64,000 nt of DNA from an uncultured Pelagibacteraceae bacterium (GCA_902571005.1 CACGAG010000002.1:4095-68094); one strand, 5' to 3'. Shown: positions 38,394 through 49,276, counted from the stretch's first letter. Notes: generated by a model from the sequence alone, not told the origin. Translations and numbers: made by a program.

Positions 38394-39160
38394 TAATCCC
38401 TCTTTTAAAAGTTACAAATTTAAGCAAATCTTATGATAATATTGTTGGATGTAAAAATATTTCAATGTCACTATATCCAGGTGAAGTATTGGGCATTGTC
38501 GGTGAGTCTGGTTCCGGTAAAACAACCTTAATTAACTGCTTATCCGGCAATCTTGAGCCTGATAGAGGAAAAATAATTTTCAGTATTAACAACAAAGAAA
38601 CCGACTTTTTAAATATATCAGAGTCAGAGAAAAGAAAATTTATTAGAACAGATTTAGCTTTTGTTCATCAAAACCCACGTGACGGATTAAGATTAAATGT
38701 ATCAGCAGGTGGTAATATAGGCGAAAAATTAATGTCTGTTGGCTATAGACATTATGGAAATATAAGAAGCTTAGCAACAAAATGGATGAATAAAGTTGAA
38801 ATAGACAAAAGTAGAATTGATGATCTACCCATTACTTTCTCAGGTGGAATGCTTCAAAGACTTCAAATAGCAAAAAATCTAATAACAAGCCCAAATGTTA
38901 TTTTTATGGATGAACCAACTGGTGGGCTAGATGTTTCAGTTCAAGCTCGTGTTCTTGATTTGATAAGATCACTTGTTAATGAGTTGAACCTTACAGTAAT
39001 TATTGTATCACATGATTTAGCCGTTATCAGATTACTTGCAGATAAAATGATTGTCATGAAAAACGGTACTGTAATCGAGTCTGGTTTAAGCGATCAGGTA
39101 CTTGAAGATCCTCAGCAAGAATATACACAGCTATTAGTAAGTTCGGTGTTACACGTTTAG
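38390..39160 (+). CDS. phnK: C-P lyase ATPase
   Basis: GESGSGKTT, HQNPRDGL, DEPTGGLDVSVQAR. Confidence 0.95.
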   Translation: MIIPLLKVTNLSKSYDNIVGCKNISMSLYPGEVLGIVGESGSGKTTLINCLSGNLEPDRGKIIFSINNKETDFLNISESEKRKFIRTDLAFVHQNPRDGLRLNVSAGGNIGEKLMSVGYRHYGNIRSLATKWMNKVEIDKSRIDDLPITFSGGMLQRLQIAKNLITSPNVIFMDEPTGGLDVSVQARVLDLIRSLVNELNLTVIIVSHDLAVIRLLADKMIVMKNGTVIESGLSDQVLEDPQQEYTQLLVSSVLHV

Positions 39161-39161
39161 T

Positions 39162-39836
39162 ATGATTGAGGTAAAAAAAGTTAATAAATCGTTTACTTTA
39201 TTTAACCAAAATAACGCGAAGATAACAGTTTTTAAAAATTTAAATTTTGAGGTTAATCCAGGTGAAATTGTAGCCCTTAAAGGACCATCAGGCATAGGTA
39301 AATCAAGTATTTTAAAGATGATTTATGGAAGTTATATAATTGATAAGGGTGCTATAATTATAAATAATAAAAATATTGCCACTCTATCGGCTCAGGAAAT
39401 ACTTAAACTTAGAAAAACTTCAATTGGGTATGTGAGCCAATTTTTAAAAGTGATACCCCGTATTTCTGCTTTAGATGTAATAATGGAACCATTATTAAAT
39501 TCAGGTGATAATAAAAATAATGCTTATAAAAAATCGATAAAACTTTTAAAGGACTTAAATATTGAGAAGAATTTGTGGCACTTATCTCCGCTAACTTTTT
39601 CTGGGGGCGAGCAACAGAGAATTAATATCGCACGAGGTTTTATAAAAGACCTTCCTTACTTGTTACTCGATGAGCCAACTGCAAGTCTTGACAGTAGAAA
39701 TCGTGATATAATTATCAATTTAATTAAAGCGAAATCTAATAGAGGCGTATCAATTATTGGAATCTTTCATGACGAATATTCTCGAAAAAAGTTGAATGTA
39801 AGAGAGATTGATCTAAACATTGAAACAAAGCATTAA
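39162..39836 (+). CDS. phnL: C-P lyase ATPase
   Basis: IGYVSQFL.VIPR, TFSGGEQQRINIARG, GIFHD. Confidence 0.95.
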   Translation: MIEVKKVNKSFTLFNQNNAKITVFKNLNFEVNPGEIVALKGPSGIGKSSILKMIYGSYIIDKGAIIINNKNIATLSAQEILKLRKTSIGYVSQFLKVIPRISALDVIMEPLLNSGDNKNNAYKKSIKLLKDLNIEKNLWHLSPLTFSGGEQQRINIARGFIKDLPYLLLDEPTASLDSRNRDIIINLIKAKSNRGVSIIGIFHDEYSRKKLNVREIDLNIETKH

Positions 39837-40371
39837 AAGAAACGGCAAGGCTTTTATCGTCTTAGGTCCATCAGGATCTGGTAAAAATACCCTTATAAAT
39901 GGAGCCTGTAAAAATATCGATAATCTAAAGGCGATCAAAAGATACATTACAAGAACTAAAATAGATATTAATGAAGACTATAACCCTATTGATGAAAAAA
40001 TATTTACGCAAATGAAGAGTGAAAATTTATTTTGTACAACATGGAATGCAAATAATTGCAATTATGGTATTCACAAAGATGCAATTGATGATCTTAAAGA
40101 TGGAAAAAACATAATATTTGCTGGATCTAGAGAATATATAAATAATATATTATATGATATATCCTCTTCTATCGTTATACACATAAATGCTACTAGCAAT
40201 TTATTGAGTCAACGAATTTTTGATAGAAAAAGAGAGAACGAATTCGAAATCAACTCTCGAATAAAAAGAGAAAATTATAATTTACCAACAAGTACAAAAT
40301 TTGTAGAAAATAATAGCAGTATTGATCAAGGTATTATGAATTTAACTGCATTAATTAAAAGTTTAATTTAA
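39820..40371 (+). CDS. phnN: Ribose 1,5-bisphosphate phosphokinase
   Basis: GPSGSGK, RYITR, W.AN...YGI, GSR. Confidence 0.85.
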   Translation: MKQSIKRNGKAFIVLGPSGSGKNTLINGACKNIDNLKAIKRYITRTKIDINEDYNPIDEKIFTQMKSENLFCTTWNANNCNYGIHKDAIDDLKDGKNIIFAGSREYINNILYDISSSIVIHINATSNLLSQRIFDRKRENEFEINSRIKRENYNLPTSTKFVENNSSIDQGIMNLTALIKSLI

Positions 40372-41071
40372 ACCTTTTTATTTCCTCAAAATGGCCATTT
40401 TTATTTTCACCAAGTAAACTAATTTCATTAAATTCAATTACATTATTTGATATTTTGTAAATTAATTTTTCTAGTTCTAATTTTTGTTTGTTAGATAATT
40501 TATTGTTATTTTGGTTCATTAGCGTCATATGAAATTTAAACTGATCAAAGACGAATGGATATCCCCACTCTTTTAAATATTTGTTTTGCTTAATAGTTAA
40601 AGAATCAGGGATCCTTTTTTTTATTTCTGTTTTATTTAGCTCTGCCCTAAAAGTATCTAGATGTTTAACAAGATCATTCTCAAGGTTTATTAATAATTTG
40701 TTTGGTTTTCTGCTAGTTATGAAAGTAAATTTTTTACTATAAACTATTTTTAAACCTTGTATCTTAAATCTACTATGTTGTGCTGCTATATGGCTAATAA
40801 CATCATAAAAATTTTTTGTTTTAACATTTCTTTTAAGTCTAAATGGTGCCTTTAATGTTGCGTGAAACCCATACTTTGCAGGCTGTTCACAATAGTCTTT
40901 AAGTTCATCAAAGAATGTAAAACCTCTATTAATAAAATATTTTTGACGTCTTGTTAGTGATATTTTTTTCTTTTTATTGATATCTCTACCTAAAAGGTTT
41001 TTTCCGAAGTTTTCTAAACTCGAGTTTTTTTTAGGCAAAAAGTAAATTGCCACTCTTTTGTAATTAGTCAT
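40355..41071 (-). CDS. DUF1045 phosphonate-associated 2H phosphoesterase-like protein
   Basis: R.AIYF.P, PAKYGFHATLKAPFRL, WGYPFVFDQFKFHMTL. Confidence 0.88.
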   Translation of the reverse strand: MTNYKRVAIYFLPKKNSSLENFGKNLLGRDINKKKKISLTRRQKYFINRGFTFFDELKDYCEQPAKYGFHATLKAPFRLKRNVKTKNFYDVISHIAAQHSRFKIQGLKIVYSKKFTFITSRKPNKLLINLENDLVKHLDTFRAELNKTEIKKRIPDSLTIKQNKYLKEWGYPFVFDQFKFHMTLMNQNNNKLSNKQKLELEKLIYKISNNVIEFNEISLLGENKNGHFEEIKRFKLNF

Positions 41072-41120
41072 AATACTTTAACAATAATCTAATAAATTAG
41101 TAATATCTTGTTAAATAAAT

Positions 41121-42263
41121 ATGAATGAATTTGTAATAAAAAATGCCCATATTGTTTGTCCGGACGAATCTTTTATGGGCCATGTTTACATTGCAAACGG
41201 TATAATAAAGGATTTAAGTAAAGGAAATTATACAGGAAATTCTGCTTTCGATTTAAACAAGGATTTCTTAATTCCTGGTTTAATCGAACTTCATACAGAT
41301 AATATCGAAAGACATTTAACACCCAGGCCAAAAGTAGAATGGCCAATTATAAACGCATTGCTAGCTCATGATAGAGAATTGTCTTCCGTCGGTATAACCA
41401 CGGTATTTGATGCACTTAGAGTTGGATCGATACCAAAAGGGAACCTTCAAGGTGAATATAAAAAATATGCTAAAGCAACAGCTGACCAAATTTCAACTTT
41501 AAAAAAAAATAAACTTTTTAAAATTGACCATTATATTCACTTGCGTGCAGAAACCGCATCTGAAACGTTAGCAAATGAACTTGATGAGTTTGATGAATCA
41601 AGCAACGTTAAAATGATAAGCATTATGGACCATACACCGGGACAAAGACAATTTAGAAATACAGATAAATATAAGGAATACTTAGCGGGTAAATATCAAC
41701 TATCCGATGAAGAAATGGAAAATCACTTCTCTAAATTAAAAGCACTGCAGTCAAAAAATAGTGAAATACATATAAAGAAAATATCTGAAGCACAAATGAG
41801 ATTTCAATGTGTTCTTGCGAGTCATGATGACACTACTATAGAAGATGTATTAAGTTCAAAAAATCTAGGAGTTTCAATAGCAGAATTTCCAACCACAATC
41901 GAAGCAGCAAAAGAGTCGCAAAAAGAAGACATGAAAATTATCATGGGTTCGCCAAATTTAATGAGAGGTGGGTCACATTCTGGAAATATTTCAGCTCAAG
42001 AACTCATAGACGAAAATTGCCTTGATATTTTTAGCTCTGACTATATCCCGTCATCCCTACTTTCTTCAGCTGTCAAATGGGGTTTAGAGTCCGGTAATAT
42101 GCCAAAAGCAATTGCCTCTATTTCAAGAAACCCAGCAATAGCTACACAGCTTCTAGACCGAGGTAGTATACAGTGCGGCATGAAGGCGGACCTAGTTAGT
42201 TTCAGTATTTATAACAATTTACCAATAGTAAAAAAAGTATGGGTATCTGGACAAGCGATATAA
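41121..42263 (+). CDS. phnM: Ribose 1-methylphosphonate 5-triphosphate diphosphatase
   Basis: PGLIELHTDN, MDHTPGQRQF, ASHDD, AEFPTT, SSDYIP. Confidence 0.96.
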   Translation: MNEFVIKNAHIVCPDESFMGHVYIANGIIKDLSKGNYTGNSAFDLNKDFLIPGLIELHTDNIERHLTPRPKVEWPIINALLAHDRELSSVGITTVFDALRVGSIPKGNLQGEYKKYAKATADQISTLKKNKLFKIDHYIHLRAETASETLANELDEFDESSNVKMISIMDHTPGQRQFRNTDKYKEYLAGKYQLSDEEMENHFSKLKALQSKNSEIHIKKISEAQMRFQCVLASHDDTTIEDVLSSKNLGVSIAEFPTTIEAAKESQKEDMKIIMGSPNLMRGGSHSGNISAQELIDENCLDIFSSDYIPSSLLSSAVKWGLESGNMPKAIASISRNPAIATQLLDRGSIQCGMKADLVSFSIYNNLPIVKKVWVSGQAI

Positions 42264-42902
42264 TTAATCGTAAAATCGAAGAATAAAATATGCAATTAAG
42301 AGTCCAATTAATTGCATAAAAATAAACATCAACACGTGCTGTGGATCTATACCGGTAAATGTGTTGGTGAATGATCTACTGATCGTGACAGCTGGATTGG
42401 CAAATGACGTTGAAGATGTGAACCAATAAGCCCCAGTTATATATAAAGCCACCGCTATTGCTGGATCTCTTTTTGCCTTTAGTGTGAGCACAATTGTAAT
42501 TAATAAGCCTATTGTTGCAACCACTTCAGAGACATGAATATTAATTCCTGTTCTTTCTTTAGTTGAAAATTCAATAAATAAATCATCAAAAATATAATTT
42601 GCTAAAATGACGCCAGAAGTGCCACCCACTAGTTGAAAAATGATAAATAATATCATCGTTACGTTATTAATATCTGATTTAAATCTAAAATAAAGTGTAA
42701 CAACTGGATTAAAATGAGCTCCAGATATAGGACCAAATATTGATATTATCACGTAAAGCATTGCTCCTGTTGCTATTGCATTAGCAAGCAATACAACACC
42801 TTCATTTGTAGGAGATAGATTTTCGGCCATTATCCCTGATCCTACTACCGAGAAAACAAGTAAGAGTGTACCCAGATATTCAGAAAGTATTTTTTTAGGC
42901 AT
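42264..42902 (-). CDS. MIP/aquaporin family channel (AqpS-like, arsenic-associated)
   Basis: VGSGIMA, SGAHFNPVVT, YWFTSSTSFANPAVT. Confidence 0.88.
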   Translation of the reverse strand: MPKKILSEYLGTLLLVFSVVGSGIMAENLSPTNEGVVLLANAIATGAMLYVIISIFGPISGAHFNPVVTLYFRFKSDINNVTMILFIIFQLVGGTSGVILANYIFDDLFIEFSTKERTGINIHVSEVVATIGLLITIVLTLKAKRDPAIAVALYITGAYWFTSSTSFANPAVTISRSFTNTFTGIDPQHVLMFIFMQLIGLLIAYFILRFYD

Positions 42903-43331
42903 TTATTTAAGCAAATTTTCTTTTATTAATTGATCAATATAATCAAATGTAGATCTAAAAAACTTTTTGTGATCGACTTCGTTTAAGTTCTGTTTAACGG
43001 GGTCTTCAATATTGAAATGAAATGTTTTTGGAGCACCCGGCCAGATCGGACATGTTTCTTTAGCGGCATTTCCACACACAGTAACGACATAATCCATAGA
43101 GGGAGAGTTGGGCTCACCAAATACGTCCCAACTTTTACTATAGAGTTTCTCAGTCGGTATTTTCATATCATCTAATAAATCGAGTGTTTTAGGATTTATT
43201 ATTCCTGAAGGTGTGCTACCAGCGCTATAGCCTTTCAGACTTTCACTATATTTATAATTGGTAATTGCCTCAGCTATAATGCTTCTGGCTGAATTTTGCG
43301 TACATAAATATAAAACATTTTTAATGCTCAT
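42903..43331 (-). CDS. arsC: Arsenate reductase, LMW-PTP type
   Basis: LCTQNSARS, SAGS.P, SKSW, VTVC.NAA.ETCP.WPG, EDP. Confidence 0.9.
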   Translation of the reverse strand: MSIKNVLYLCTQNSARSIIAEAITNYKYSESLKGYSAGSTPSGIINPKTLDLLDDMKIPTEKLYSKSWDVFGEPNSPSMDYVVTVCGNAAKETCPIWPGAPKTFHFNIEDPVKQNLNEVDHKKFFRSTFDYIDQLIKENLLK

Positions 43332-44014
43332 ATACCAAGAGAATATCCAGCAGATCTAATTGTTCTAATTGGGTCGTATTCAAATCCTTCGTTTAATGCT
43401 TTTCTTAATCTTCTGATATGAACATCAACTGTTCTAGGCTCGACATATGGACTTGTAGTCCATACATAATCTAATAATTGTTGTCTTGAAAATACTTTAC
43501 CTTGATTTTCCATTAAAAAACGCAATAAATTAAATTCCGTAGGTCCAAGACTTATTTCTGTTTTATCCCTGGTGACACGATGCGTTGAAACATCTAATTG
43601 AATTCCCTTATAAGTAAGAACTTCATTATAAAAAATAGGTCTTAAGCGTTTGAGTACTGCTTTAATTCTTGCTACTAACTCATTGACTGAAAATGGTTTT
43701 GTTATGTAGTCATCAATTTCAGTTTCAAATGCTCTTAATTTATCTTCTTCTTCTCCTTTAGCTGTGAGCATAATTAAAGGAATGTTCTTTGTAGTTTTAT
43801 CTTTACGTACTCGTCTACACAATTCTAACCCAGAAATATTTGGGAGCATCCAGTCAACGATTATGAGATCGTATTTAATATCACCAAATATACTATCCAA
43901 TGCGCTATCGCCATCAAAGCATACGTCTACATCAAATCCACTAGCTGTGAGATTGTATTTTAATAATTCAACTATTGAGACTTCATCCTCAATTACTAGG
44001 ATTTTAGGTTTCAT
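43328..44014 (-). CDS. phoB: Phosphate regulon response regulator
   Basis: DWMLP, KPFS, LGPTEF.LL, RTVDVHIRRLRK; TAATG overlap with phoU. Confidence 0.95.
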   Translation of the reverse strand: MKPKILVIEDEVSIVELLKYNLTASGFDVDVCFDGDSALDSIFGDIKYDLIIVDWMLPNISGLELCRRVRKDKTTKNIPLIMLTAKGEEEDKLRAFETEIDDYITKPFSVNELVARIKAVLKRLRPIFYNEVLTYKGIQLDVSTHRVTRDKTEISLGPTEFNLLRFLMENQGKVFSRQQLLDYVWTTSPYVEPRTVDVHIRRLRKALNEGFEYDPIRTIRSAGYSLGI

Positions 44015-44706
44015 TACACCTTTTCCCACTTAATTCTTTTTTCCGACTTACGTTCTAAGGCTTGACCAGTTGTAATGAAGTGAATGTCTTCAGCAATATT
44101 TTGAACATAATCTCCTATTCTCTCTATGTTTTTAGCAATCGACAATAAGTGTGAACAGCCTGTAATTGTATCTGGGTCTTCTGCCATCGTCTTAAGAAGA
44201 TCCCTGTAAATTGATAAATACAATTCATCAATATCGCCGTCTAAATCCCAAGCATTAATTGCTAGCGTATCTGATTTTTGAACGAAGGCATCTAAAACAT
44301 TTTTTATCATTCTTTGAACGTTCTCACCCATATTGACAATTTCTGAAACCGGCGTGTCGGGCATATTTATTTTTACATTTGCAACTCTTTTAGCAATATT
44401 GGTAGCGTGATCACCCATTCTCTCGAGATCGTTTGCAATGCTTAGTGCCGAAAGTACGGTTCTTAAATCATTAGCAAGCGGTTGCCTCATTGCAATTACT
44501 TTGTATGTTAAAGCATCAATTTCCTTTTCTAAGGCATCTATTTTATTATCATCTCTTAAAATTTCTTCTGCAAAAGCAGTATCTTTATCACCCAAAGCAA
44601 CAAGAGAATTGTGAAGCTGTGTTTCAACCAATCCTCCCATTTTAATTAATGTACTATTTATTAAATCTAATTGCTCATCATAAGATGAAACTATGTGTTC
44701 ACTCAT
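44014..44706 (-). CDS. phoU: Phosphate signalling protein
   Basis: EHIVSSYD, RQPLANDLR, LERMGDHA, ERIGD. Confidence 0.95.
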   Translation of the reverse strand: MSEHIVSSYDEQLDLINSTLIKMGGLVETQLHNSLVALGDKDTAFAEEILRDDNKIDALEKEIDALTYKVIAMRQPLANDLRTVLSALSIANDLERMGDHATNIAKRVANVKINMPDTPVSEIVNMGENVQRMIKNVLDAFVQKSDTLAINAWDLDGDIDELYLSIYRDLLKTMAEDPDTITGCSHLLSIAKNIERIGDYVQNIAEDIHFITTGQALERKSEKRIKWEKV

Positions 44707-45467
44707 TAACCAAACCTCCCTGTTATATAATCTTGCGTTCTCTGATCTGATGGATTTGAAAAGATTGTTTCAGTCTTATCAACTTCAACTAATTTACCTA
44801 AATGAAAAAAACCTGTCCTTGATGAAACTCTAGCGGCTTGTTGCATCGAGTGTGTAACAATAATTATTGTATATTCTGTTTTAAGATCTCCCATTAATTC
44901 TTCAATTCTAGCCGTAGCAATTGGGTCTAAAGCTGAACAAGGCTCATCCATTAGAATAATATCTGGATTTACGGATATAGCTCTTGCAATACACAATCTT
45001 TGTTGCTGTCCACCCGAGAGGCCTGTTCCCGCATCGTATAATCTATCTTTAACCTCATCAAAGAGAGCCGCTTTTTTTAGACTGGTAACAACAATTTCTT
45101 CTAAATCAGATTTATGTTCTGCTATTCCATGTATTCTTGGACCATAAGCTACATTTTCAAAAATAGATTTTGGAAAGGGGTTCGGCTTTTGAAAAACCAT
45201 GCCCACCCGTTCTCTTAGTTGTTCAACTTGCATGTCTGGTGCATAAATATCGTTGCCATCGATTTCTATTTTTCCTTGTACTTTGCATATATCAATAACA
45301 TCGTTCATTCTATTTAAGCATCTAATAAAGGTTGATTTACCACAACCTGATGGACCTATTAAAGCAGTGACTTGTTTTTCTTCCATGTACATGGAAACAT
45401 CGAAGAGTGCCTGTTTCTCTCCATAATAAACATTCAAGTTGTCTGCTTTTATTTTTATACTTTTCAT
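44706..45467 (-). CDS. pstB: Phosphate ABC ATPase
   Basis: [25 protein letters not shown]. Confidence 0.97.
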   Translation of the reverse strand: MKSIKIKADNLNVYYGEKQALFDVSMYMEEKQVTALIGPSGCGKSTFIRCLNRMNDVIDICKVQGKIEIDGNDIYAPDMQVEQLRERVGMVFQKPNPFPKSIFENVAYGPRIHGIAEHKSDLEEIVVTSLKKAALFDEVKDRLYDAGTGLSGGQQQRLCIARAISVNPDIILMDEPCSALDPIATARIEELMGDLKTEYTIIIVTHSMQQAARVSSRTGFFHLGKLVEVDKTETIFSNPSDQRTQDYITGRFG

Positions 45468-45475
45468 ATTCTATT

Positions 45476-46759
45476 TTACCATTTTGTTTCAAATTTTCTT
45501 CTAATTAATACTGCAGCTAAATTCATTAAAATTAAAAATCCAAGTAACATCATAATTGTAGCTGAAGTTTTTTCAACATAACCTCTTTCTGCGCTTTCTG
45601 ACCATAAATAAACCTGAACTGGCAAAGAGGCAGAAGCATCCAGCGGTGTTTGTGGAACATCTACAACAAATGCCACCATACCAATTAATAATAATGGCGC
45701 AGTTTCTCCAAGTGCTTGAGCAAGGCCTATAATTGTACCTGTTAATGCACCAGGCATTGCTACAGGAACTACATGATGCATTACTGCTTGCATTTTGGTT
45801 GCTCCGACTGCTAATGCTCCTTCTCTTATTGATGGTGGCACCGCCCTTAATGAGGCTCTAGTTGCAATAATTATTGTTGGTAGGGTCATTAAAGATAAGA
45901 CTATGCCTCCAACCAGTGGTGTTGACCTTGGCAATCCAAATGTATTTAAAATAATACCAAGCCCCAATAAGCCAAATACAATAGAAGGTACCGCTGCTAA
46001 ATTATTAATATTAATTTCAATAAAATCGGTAACTCTATTTTTTGGTGCAAATTCCTCAAGATAAATAGCTGCAAAAATTCCAATAGGAAAAGACAAAATC
46101 AAAACTACCAAAATTGTGAATAAAGAACCTACTATTGAACCTCCTACTCCTGCCAGTTCAGGTTCTCGGCTGTCACCCCTCATTAAAAATGGTAGATTGA
46201 ATTCATAGCTGACAAGTCCCCTATCTACAAGGTCATCAAAAAATAAAAGTTGAATATCTTTAATTCTTCTTTTGTCTTCATCTAAGTCCCTTGGGTAGTT
46301 TCCTTTATTAACCTGATCTACATCGTCGGAGGCAGTTAAATATATTGTTTCTGTTTCATTTATATTTGACTTATTCGATTTTAAAAATTCTCTTATTTCT
46401 TGCTCAAATTCAATACTGAATAATCGTATCAACATTTTCTTATCTTTTTTCTCTTCAATATCTGGGAAAAGTCCATAAATAGCCTTTTTGGAAAAAGAAT
46501 ACATTGACAGGTTGTTAATATCCTCTGAACTCATTTCAGAAAATTGTGTCGTGTCTTCAATAAGATTTAAAAAAGGTACATCTACCTGGATAACAGTTCT
46601 ATAAAATGCTGAATAGCCAGATGAAAATATATTTAGAAATAAAATAAGCACCCATGCAAGCGCAAAGCTCATTGCACCAATACAATAAATCCTAAATCTT
46701 TTCTCTGAATTTAGCCTTTTATTTAAACTATTTATTCTTTGTTCTATTCTATCAGTCAT
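45476..46759 (-). CDS. pstA: Phosphate ABC permease
   Basis: AIYLEEFA, NLAAVPSIVFG, GETAPL. Confidence 0.95.
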   Translation of the reverse strand: MTDRIEQRINSLNKRLNSEKRFRIYCIGAMSFALAWVLILFLNIFSSGYSAFYRTVIQVDVPFLNLIEDTTQFSEMSSEDINNLSMYSFSKKAIYGLFPDIEEKKDKKMLIRLFSIEFEQEIREFLKSNKSNINETETIYLTASDDVDQVNKGNYPRDLDEDKRRIKDIQLLFFDDLVDRGLVSYEFNLPFLMRGDSREPELAGVGGSIVGSLFTILVVLILSFPIGIFAAIYLEEFAPKNRVTDFIEININNLAAVPSIVFGLLGLGIILNTFGLPRSTPLVGGIVLSLMTLPTIIIATRASLRAVPPSIREGALAVGATKMQAVMHHVVPVAMPGALTGTIIGLAQALGETAPLLLIGMVAFVVDVPQTPLDASASLPVQVYLWSESAERGYVEKTSATIMMLLGFLILMNLAAVLIRRKFETKW

Positions 46760-48143
46760 ATCTCTCCGTATATTTTTTTACGACCTGTAAAGCTATAAAA
46801 TTTAGAGCCAATGTAACAACGAACAAGGTTAAACCCAAAGCAAAAGCTGACTGTGTTTTTGGGCTATCAAATTCTTGATCACCGATTAAAATAACAACAA
46901 TCTGAGTAGTAATTGTAGTTGCCGCATCAAGCGGATTAGCTGTTAATTTTGCATTTAATCCTGCAGCCATAACAACAATCATTGTCTCCCCAATCGCTCT
47001 TGAGACAGCTAATAAAAAAGAACCTACAATACCTGGCAACGCAGCTGGCAATAATACTTTAACAATTGTTTCCCTTTTGGTTGCTCCCATGGCATAAGAG
47101 CCTTCTCTTAAACTTTGAGGTACAGATTTTATTACATCATCAGAAAGTGATGAAATAAATGGTATTATCATTATTCCCATAACAAATCCCGCAGCTAGAG
47201 CGCTTTCAGAAGAAACAGTTAGTCCAGCACCCTGACCGATATCTCTCACTAAAGGTGCTACAGTTAACGCTGCAAAAAATCCGTATACAACCGTTGGGAT
47301 ACCAGCAAGAATTTCAATAATTGGCTTAGCCCAATCTCTGACTTTTGGAGAAGCGTATTCAGACATATAAATGGCTGTGAGTAAACCAACTGGGACTGAG
47401 ACACACATTGCAATTAATGCAATAAGAAATGTTCCAGCAAATAATGGAACAGCGCCAAATGCATTGGCCAAGTCTCTTGTATCAAGATCTCCAGCTTCTC
47501 TTACAAAAACTCTTTGAGGACTCCAATTTAATCCAAATAAAAAATCGGTTATTGGAACTTGAGAAAAAAAACGCAACGTTTCATATAATAAAGAAAAAAT
47601 TATTCCAACAGTGGTCATTATAGCGACAAGTGAGCATGTAAAATACAAGACTAGTAAAAATTTCTCGACAATCTTTCTAGAATTAAGTTTGTTATTAATA
47701 TTGAATAATGAGTAAAGAACCAGTAAACCTGACAACCCAAGAACTGTAACATAAGTTAAGTTTTCACTCGTCTTATTAATATAATTTAATTTATTTACGG
47801 CACCATTTATAAGAATAGTATTTTCATCAAAAAGTTTTATGCCCAATGCAGTGTTTTCGATTTGGGTAAATAATAAACTTAGTTCTGTTTCTGTATAACT
47901 GCCAAGTGCTATGAAATCACTTAATACATATTGCTCAATAAAAAATGATTTAAACGAAGTAATCATCAACAGTATCAATAACGCTGGCACAACAGCCCAT
48001 AGAGCTACGTAGTACCCATAATAATGACTAAGTGATTTAAGATTTTTTTGATTTGAAGTCCTAAGATTTTTTGCTCTTAAATTTCCTAGAAAATAGCTGG
48101 CGATACCAATTAGAATAATTAAAGAAATTAATATAAATCCCAT
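46752..48143 (-). CDS. pstC: Phosphate ABC permease
   Basis: LAGIPTVVYG, SRAIGETM. Confidence 0.95.
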   Translation of the reverse strand: MGFILISLIILIGIASYFLGNLRAKNLRTSNQKNLKSLSHYYGYYVALWAVVPALLILLMITSFKSFFIEQYVLSDFIALGSYTETELSLLFTQIENTALGIKLFDENTILINGAVNKLNYINKTSENLTYVTVLGLSGLLVLYSLFNINNKLNSRKIVEKFLLVLYFTCSLVAIMTTVGIIFSLLYETLRFFSQVPITDFLFGLNWSPQRVFVREAGDLDTRDLANAFGAVPLFAGTFLIALIAMCVSVPVGLLTAIYMSEYASPKVRDWAKPIIEILAGIPTVVYGFFAALTVAPLVRDIGQGAGLTVSSESALAAGFVMGIMIIPFISSLSDDVIKSVPQSLREGSYAMGATKRETIVKVLLPAALPGIVGSFLLAVSRAIGETMIVVMAAGLNAKLTANPLDAATTITTQIVVILIGDQEFDSPKTQSAFALGLTLFVVTLALNFIALQVVKKYTERYD

Positions 48144-48165
48144 GCTTCACCATAATGCTTATTTA

Positions 48166-48198
48166 ACAACTGAGACAAGCGTAACTTGCCTCAGTTGT
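48166..48198 (-). other. Intercistronic stem-loop after pstS
   Basis: ACAACTGAGGCAAG-TTACG-CTTGTCTCAGTTGT on the minus strand (one G-U pair). Confidence 0.75.
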
Positions 48199-48214
48199 GG
48201 ATTAATCAAGTATT

Positions 48215-49276
48215 TTAGTCCAGATCGAGTGTTTCTAAGTTAGCAACTCTTGATCTTATATCAGATGCATCACCATCAGATAATGCAACTAAACCGATAT
48301 CAGTTAGATATCCATCTTCACCCATTGCATCAGGACTTGTGAAAGCTGCAAGAAACTCTTCAATTCCTGGCACAACACCTACGTGAGCTTTTTTCACATA
48401 GAACTGTAATGGTCGTGCAATTGGGTAAGAATAATCCTGGATACCAGCAAGCGTTGGCTGAATTCCAGTGATCGAAGCAGATTTAATTTTATCTTCGTTA
48501 GCTAGAAGGTAGCTGTAACCAAAGTAACCAAATCTTTCTGGATCCTCTGATAATTTTTGAACTATTAAAGTGTCGTTTTCACCAGCTTCAATAACTCTTC
48601 CATCTTCTCGCACTACTGCACATTTTTTCTTTGCCTTTTCACCGGCATTTTCCCAAAGTGTGTATGCGCCTGCTGCTTTGCAACCTTTTTTCATAATAAG
48701 TGAATTCCAAGCATCTCTTGTACCAGATGTCGGCGGTGCAACTAGGATTTCAATTTTATGATCAGGTAATGAAGCATCAATGTCAGACCATTTTTCATAT
48801 GGGTTATCAATTAAATTTCCAGCAATGACATTACCCTCGCCATCTTTTGCAACATTAGCGGGTACTTTTTCTGCAATTGCTAAAAATAAATGCTCTTGCG
48901 TAAAGTCTGCATCGGCAGCATCTAAGCTATGAGCAAGCGTCAAGCCGTCATTACCAATTGTAATTTCAATTATATCAGTAACACCATTTTTAGCGCATAA
49001 TGCCTTTTCCTTACTTTTAATTTTACGAGACGCATTGGTAATATCGGGGTGATCGGTACCAACTCCAGCACAGAATAATTTCATTCCACCGCCCGTACCA
49101 GTACTCTCAATCACTGGTGTATTAAATCCAGTCTTACCAAATCTCTCAGCAACTACGGTTGCATAAGGGTATACAGTCGACGAACCAACGATTTTTATAG
49201 TATCTCTAGCTTGAGAACTGAATGTAAAAATTGATGAAGCGAAAACTGCAATAATCATTATTTTGATTAATCTCAT
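48215..49276 (-). CDS. pstS: Phosphate-binding protein
   Basis: VGSSTVYP, STGTGGG, PP.SGTRD, YPIARPL; GGAG RBS before ATG 49276. Confidence 0.95.
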   Translation of the reverse strand: MRLIKIMIIAVFASSIFTFSSQARDTIKIVGSSTVYPYATVVAERFGKTGFNTPVIESTGTGGGMKLFCAGVGTDHPDITNASRKIKSKEKALCAKNGVTDIIEITIGNDGLTLAHSLDAADADFTQEHLFLAIAEKVPANVAKDGEGNVIAGNLIDNPYEKWSDIDASLPDHKIEILVAPPTSGTRDAWNSLIMKKGCKAAGAYTLWENAGEKAKKKCAVVREDGRVIEAGENDTLIVQKLSEDPERFGYFGYSYLLANEDKIKSASITGIQPTLAGIQDYSYPIARPLQFYVKKAHVGVVPGIEEFLAAFTSPDAMGEDGYLTDIGLVALSDGDASDIRSRVANLETLDLD

